Source of the DNA: an uncultured archaeon
GTDB taxonomy: Archaea > Iainarchaeota > Iainarchaeia > Iainarchaeales > CSSED10-239
NCBI GenBank assembly: GCA_964591795.1
Contig: CAZQEL010000002.1
Span: 38,412 to 64,995, forward strand
Direction of reading: 5' to 3'
Length of the DNA stretch: 26,584 bases
In this document: piece after piece, positions 25,359-26,584 of the stretch
Layout of the letters: every line of letters starts with the position of its first letter
How positions within the stretch are numbered: the stretch's first letter is position 1
The notes under the pieces: model-generated
Seen by the model: only the letters and a program-made list of their open reading frames with translations
Told to the model about the DNA's origin: nothing
The model's database searches: none
Program-made: the position numbers and the translations under genes

Positions 25359-25981
25359 TATAAAAAACCGGTTTTATATGGTGATTCAACTTTTGCCAAT
25401 TGTTTAGTTATTTCTTGCATATATATTTTAAAATGTTCAATAGTAGGATTGTTTTTAAATATATTTGATATTCCATAATATAAAAAATCAGTTTTATATG
25501 GTGATTCAACTTTTGCCAATTGTTTAGTTATTTCTTGCATAATTTCAATGGTAGGATTATTTTTTAATATACTTGTAACTCCAAATTTTAAAAAATCTGA
25601 TTTAGGTTGTGATTTAAATTTATCTAATTGTTTATTTATTTCTGCTAATATCTCTATATTTTCAACAACAATATGATTATTATTTAAAAACCATTTTTTT
25701 AATATGTCTAGTTTTTCCAGATCATATTTTGGTTTAGAATTTGTTTTTATAAGTTCTTTAGGAATCTTCTTTTTTACTTTAAAAGATTCATTTTTTATTT
25801 TTTCACTATTTATTATGATTTTTTTAAAATGTGTATTTTTTTTAGGGTTTGCAATGTTTCCTGTTGTTGCTTCTAATTTAACTTCTTGTTTTTTTATATA
25901 ATCTATATACTGTAATTTTCCATCTGTATATTCTTTTATTTTTTCAACAATATTTTTATTTTTAATTATTACCATAGGCAA
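25220..25981 (-). CDS. Tandem-repeat protein of unknown function (36/40-aa repeats), probably a truncated or decaying gene
   Basis: Repeat units read MQEITKQLAKVESPYKT(D/G)FLYYGISN(I/V)(F/L)KNNPTIE. The last 23 residues are antisense pyrD sequence. The frame stays open upstream to a TAA at 26174-26176 with no canonical start other than the TTG at 25981. Confidence 0.55.
   Translation of the reverse strand: MPMVIIKNKNIVEKIKEYTDGKLQYIDYIKKQEVKLEATTGNIANPKKNTHFKKIIINSEKIKNESFKVKKKIPKELIKTNSKPKYDLEKLDILKKWFLNNNHIVVENIEILAEINKQLDKFKSQPKSDFLKFGVTSILKNNPTIEIMQEITKQLAKVESPYKTDFLYYGISNIFKNNPTIEHFKIYMQEITKQLAKVESPYKTGFLYYGISNVLKNNPTIEIMQEITKQLPTELIRTAKSTFAFISISAICF
25290..25650. repeat. Tandem DNA repeat, units of 108, 120 and 108 bp plus a degenerate partial unit
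   Basis: aattgtttagttatttcttgcat recurs at 25290, 25398 and 25518, with a degenerate copy at 25626. Units A and B share a long identical 3' half. Unit B has a 12-bp insertion and unit C diverges in its second half. Confidence 0.85.
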
Positions 25982-26173
25982 AATATTTTTTTTTTTAATA
26001 TTAGTAATAATATTTTCATATTCATTAATGATTTTTTTTAAATGAATACTAAGTTTTTGTAATTTATTTTCATTATATTTGTTAATATTATATTTAGAAA
26101 TAGATTTTATATAATTAAATTTAATACTTATTTGTTTTATATTTTTTAAATTTTTATTTTTTATAATTATTTT

Positions 26174-26434
26174 TTATTTATTTAATAAATGTTTTTTTTT
26201 AGAATTAGATGATTTATCAATTATTTTCTTTTTATTTGTTTTTTTTACTATAGAATTAGTAATAGTTTCTGATTTATTAATTTTTGGTTTATTTGATGGC
26301 ACAATAGTATTGTTATCTAACTTATTAATTCTATTATTATGTATTTTATTATATAATTCTTTTAGTTTTAGAATTAGTTTTTTTTTAGAATTTAAATCCA
26401 TTTCTTTTTGTTCAATAATATTTTTTAATAACAA
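26174..26434 (-). CDS. Lys/Asn-rich ORF, in the same frame as the repeat gene downstream (possibly its detached 5' part)
   Basis: It is low-complexity with a TTG start. Its TAA stop is the only interruption of an open frame running from 26560 to 25220. Coding status is uncertain. Confidence 0.4.
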   Translation of the reverse strand: MLLKNIIEQKEMDLNSKKKLILKLKELYNKIHNNRINKLDNNTIVPSNKPKINKSETITNSIVKKTNKKKIIDKSSNSKKKHLLNK

Positions 26435-26584
26435 TTTAAAATGAATATCTATTTCTTTAGATTTAATTAATGTAAGTTCTTTAAATTTATTGCAATAATA
26501 AGTATGTAAATCTATTTTTTTTTGTTTATATTTAGTTTTTTTTTTAATTTTTTTTTCTTCTTAACATTTATTTTCTTTTTAACA

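Noticed and set aside
25290-25650. Tandem 108/120-bp repeats as a diversity-generating retroelement (TR/VR pair) or a CRISPR array.
   Set aside because: No reverse transcriptase or cas gene is in the window. The units are contiguous without spacers and lie in frame within an ORF. Differences between units are indels and block divergence, not adenine-specific substitutions.
1-26584. Short ORFs from the six-frame track that lie wholly or almost wholly antisense or out of frame inside larger genes. Examples: 385..567, 538..723, 2943..3269, 5044..5226, 6439..6798, 7159..7422, 7711..7902, 8449..8640, 9267..9506, 11610..11810, 13528..13809, 14368..14571, 16202..16408, 16578..16892, 18265..18489, 20062..20274, 20371..20694, 21022..21267, 21474..21842, 22362..22574, 22468..22653, 25704..25901.
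   Set aside because: Each overlaps a much longer ORF with clear family motifs. Their products are low-complexity F/L/I/S-rich strings typical of antisense frames. None has an SD-like motif or recognisable domain.

Overview
Visibly AT-rich, tightly packed archaeal chromosome segment. Archaeal markers are Topo VI A/B, aIF1A, aIF2-beta, a RIO kinase/KH-protein cluster, a four-subunit pyruvate:ferredoxin oxidoreductase (POR) and a LAGLIDADG intein. AAGGTG/AAGGAG Shine-Dalgarno-like motifs precede several genes. The compaction, N/K-rich proteins and decaying biosynthetic genes suggest a small-genome DPANN-type archaeon; this is inference only. I support about 26 protein-coding genes or pseudogenes, one tRNA-Cys(GCA), one intein and three repeat families. 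I see no rRNA, CRISPR array, transposase or reverse transcriptase. The best leads, in order: (1) A 343-aa intein sits inside the GDGG thiamine-pyrophosphate motif of PorB. (2) The por operon is a mosaic, porG-porD-[HD hydrolase with in-frame TAA]-porA-[Cys-free orphan ORF]-porB(intein). (3) One 704-aa ORF fuses an AsnB-like glutamine amidotransferase/synthetase to a Dph6-type diphthine-ammonia ligase. (4) A four-gene operon encodes ArsR, NifS, a DUF1858 CxxC protein and a secreted double-glutaredoxin fused to a CcdA-like membrane domain. (5) A decay or recombination zone at the 3' end has pyrD truncated at a sharp junction with a tandem-repeat gene that also carries an in-frame stop. (6) An exact 55-bp direct repeat brackets an M6 metalloprotease gene. 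All family assignments come from motif reading by eye; no database search was possible.
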